In this document: positions 34,035 to 34,619 of the stretch, one piece after another
Layout: each line of letters starts with the position of its first letter
Numbering within the stretch: the first letter of the stretch is position 1
Virus record (IMG/VR): IMGVR_UViG_3300034682_000432
Location: 1-34,619 of that record
From: a virus
Taxonomy: Duplodnaviria; Caudoviricetes
Length of the DNA: 34,619 nt
Strand: one strand, 5' to 3'
Made by a program: the position numbers and the translations under genes
The notes under the pieces: model-generated
Database searches by the model: none
Told to the model about the DNA's origin: nothing
The model's input: the letters and a program-made list of their open reading frames with translations, nothing else

Positions 34035-34619
34035 ATGTTATTAAAAATAATTTCACGAGAACTGGCATCGATAGAAGGGTCGAATCTGGTGACTATTGCT
34101 AAGGTTAAGGCATTGGAAACACTTCTTGATCACGTAACTAAAAGAGAATTAGACGAGGCCAGAAAAGCACTAGGTGATCTGTGGTCAGCCGTATACGCCA
34201 GAGCAGATGAAGAAGCACTATCCTATCTCGATAAGACGAATGTACGCGCTGTTCGTGCTGCTGAGCAATGGCAGCGCATCGAGCGGACCAAGCGGGCTAT
34301 GCCATACTTGATCTATCAGCTAGGCCCCGTTCTTGATAACTGCTCGCTGCACCTGCATTGGGAAAACACCATACTTCCTGTTGATGATCCTTGGTGGTCT
34401 AGCCATATGCCGCCAAACAGCTGTGGTTGCACATGCTGGGTGAGTCAAGTGTCAAAATTTGAATACCAGAAAATAATCGCCAGTGGTAAGGCTAAAACCG
34501 AAGCGCCTGATGATGGTGTTACCCAATGGACAAACAAGCGAACAGGCGAGGTTGAAAGCATCCCTACAGGGATTGACCCTAGTTGGAACTTCAACCCAGG
34601 GAAAGGAAGGAATAAATAG
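34035..34619 (+). CDS. Second MuF-domain protein (paralogue of gpF with different N-terminus)
   Basis: C-terminal 122 aa align without gaps to gpF, 78 identities by hand count; AAAGGA RBS; 36 nt after the repressor stop. Confidence 0.9.
   Translation: MLLKIISRELASIEGSNLVTIAKVKALETLLDHVTKRELDEARKALGDLWSAVYARADEEALSYLDKTNVRAVRAAEQWQRIERTKRAMPYLIYQLGPVLDNCSLHLHWENTILPVDDPWWSSHMPPNSCGCTCWVSQVSKFEYQKIIASGKAKTEAPDDGVTQWTNKRTGEVESIPTGIDPSWNFNPGKGRNK

Larger units (their letters stand above)
11..34619 (-). mobile_element. Mu-like transposable prophage (right end at 11; left end beyond window)
   Basis: Mu gene set c-ner-A-B-...-gemA-C-lysis-terminase-portal-F-I-T-tail-baseplate-tailspike, ending in a TG terminus with repeated end sites. 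Confidence 0.97.

Noticed and set aside
1-34619. CRISPR arrays, tRNA or rRNA genes
   Set aside because: No repeat-spacer periodicity or tRNA/rRNA-like sequence seen.

Overview
The window holds almost a whole Mu-like transposable prophage (contractile-tailed), probably from a gammaproteobacterium, with nearly all genes on the minus strand. The right end (attR, 5'-TGAAGCG... at position 11, with three MuA-binding-type repeats) is at the start of the window. Reading up the coordinates, the order is SGNH-esterase tailspike, baseplate, tail, head, terminase, lysis, late activator (Mor/C family), accessory early genes, MuB, MuA and ner. A divergent plus-strand repressor follows. The left end lies beyond the window. 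The most notable items are: (1) a second, N-terminally replaced copy of the MuF head protein (about 64% identical over 122 aa) directly behind the repressor, a candidate lysogen-expressed virion-assembly decoy or superinfection defence; (2) a type II hammerhead ribozyme in the early operon; (3) a stand-alone Sf6 tail-needle-knob-like gene pair right after the major capsid gene; (4) a Mu-type repressor fused to a LexA-like S24 autopeptidase; (5) a minimal right end with no gin/G-segment/com/mom; (6) a shared late-promoter motif, including one copy inside gp45; (7) a Mu-type -2 frameshift site, an unannotated 26-aa ORF and an ATG-TAA minigene. Family assignments come from motif recognition and synteny, not database searches.
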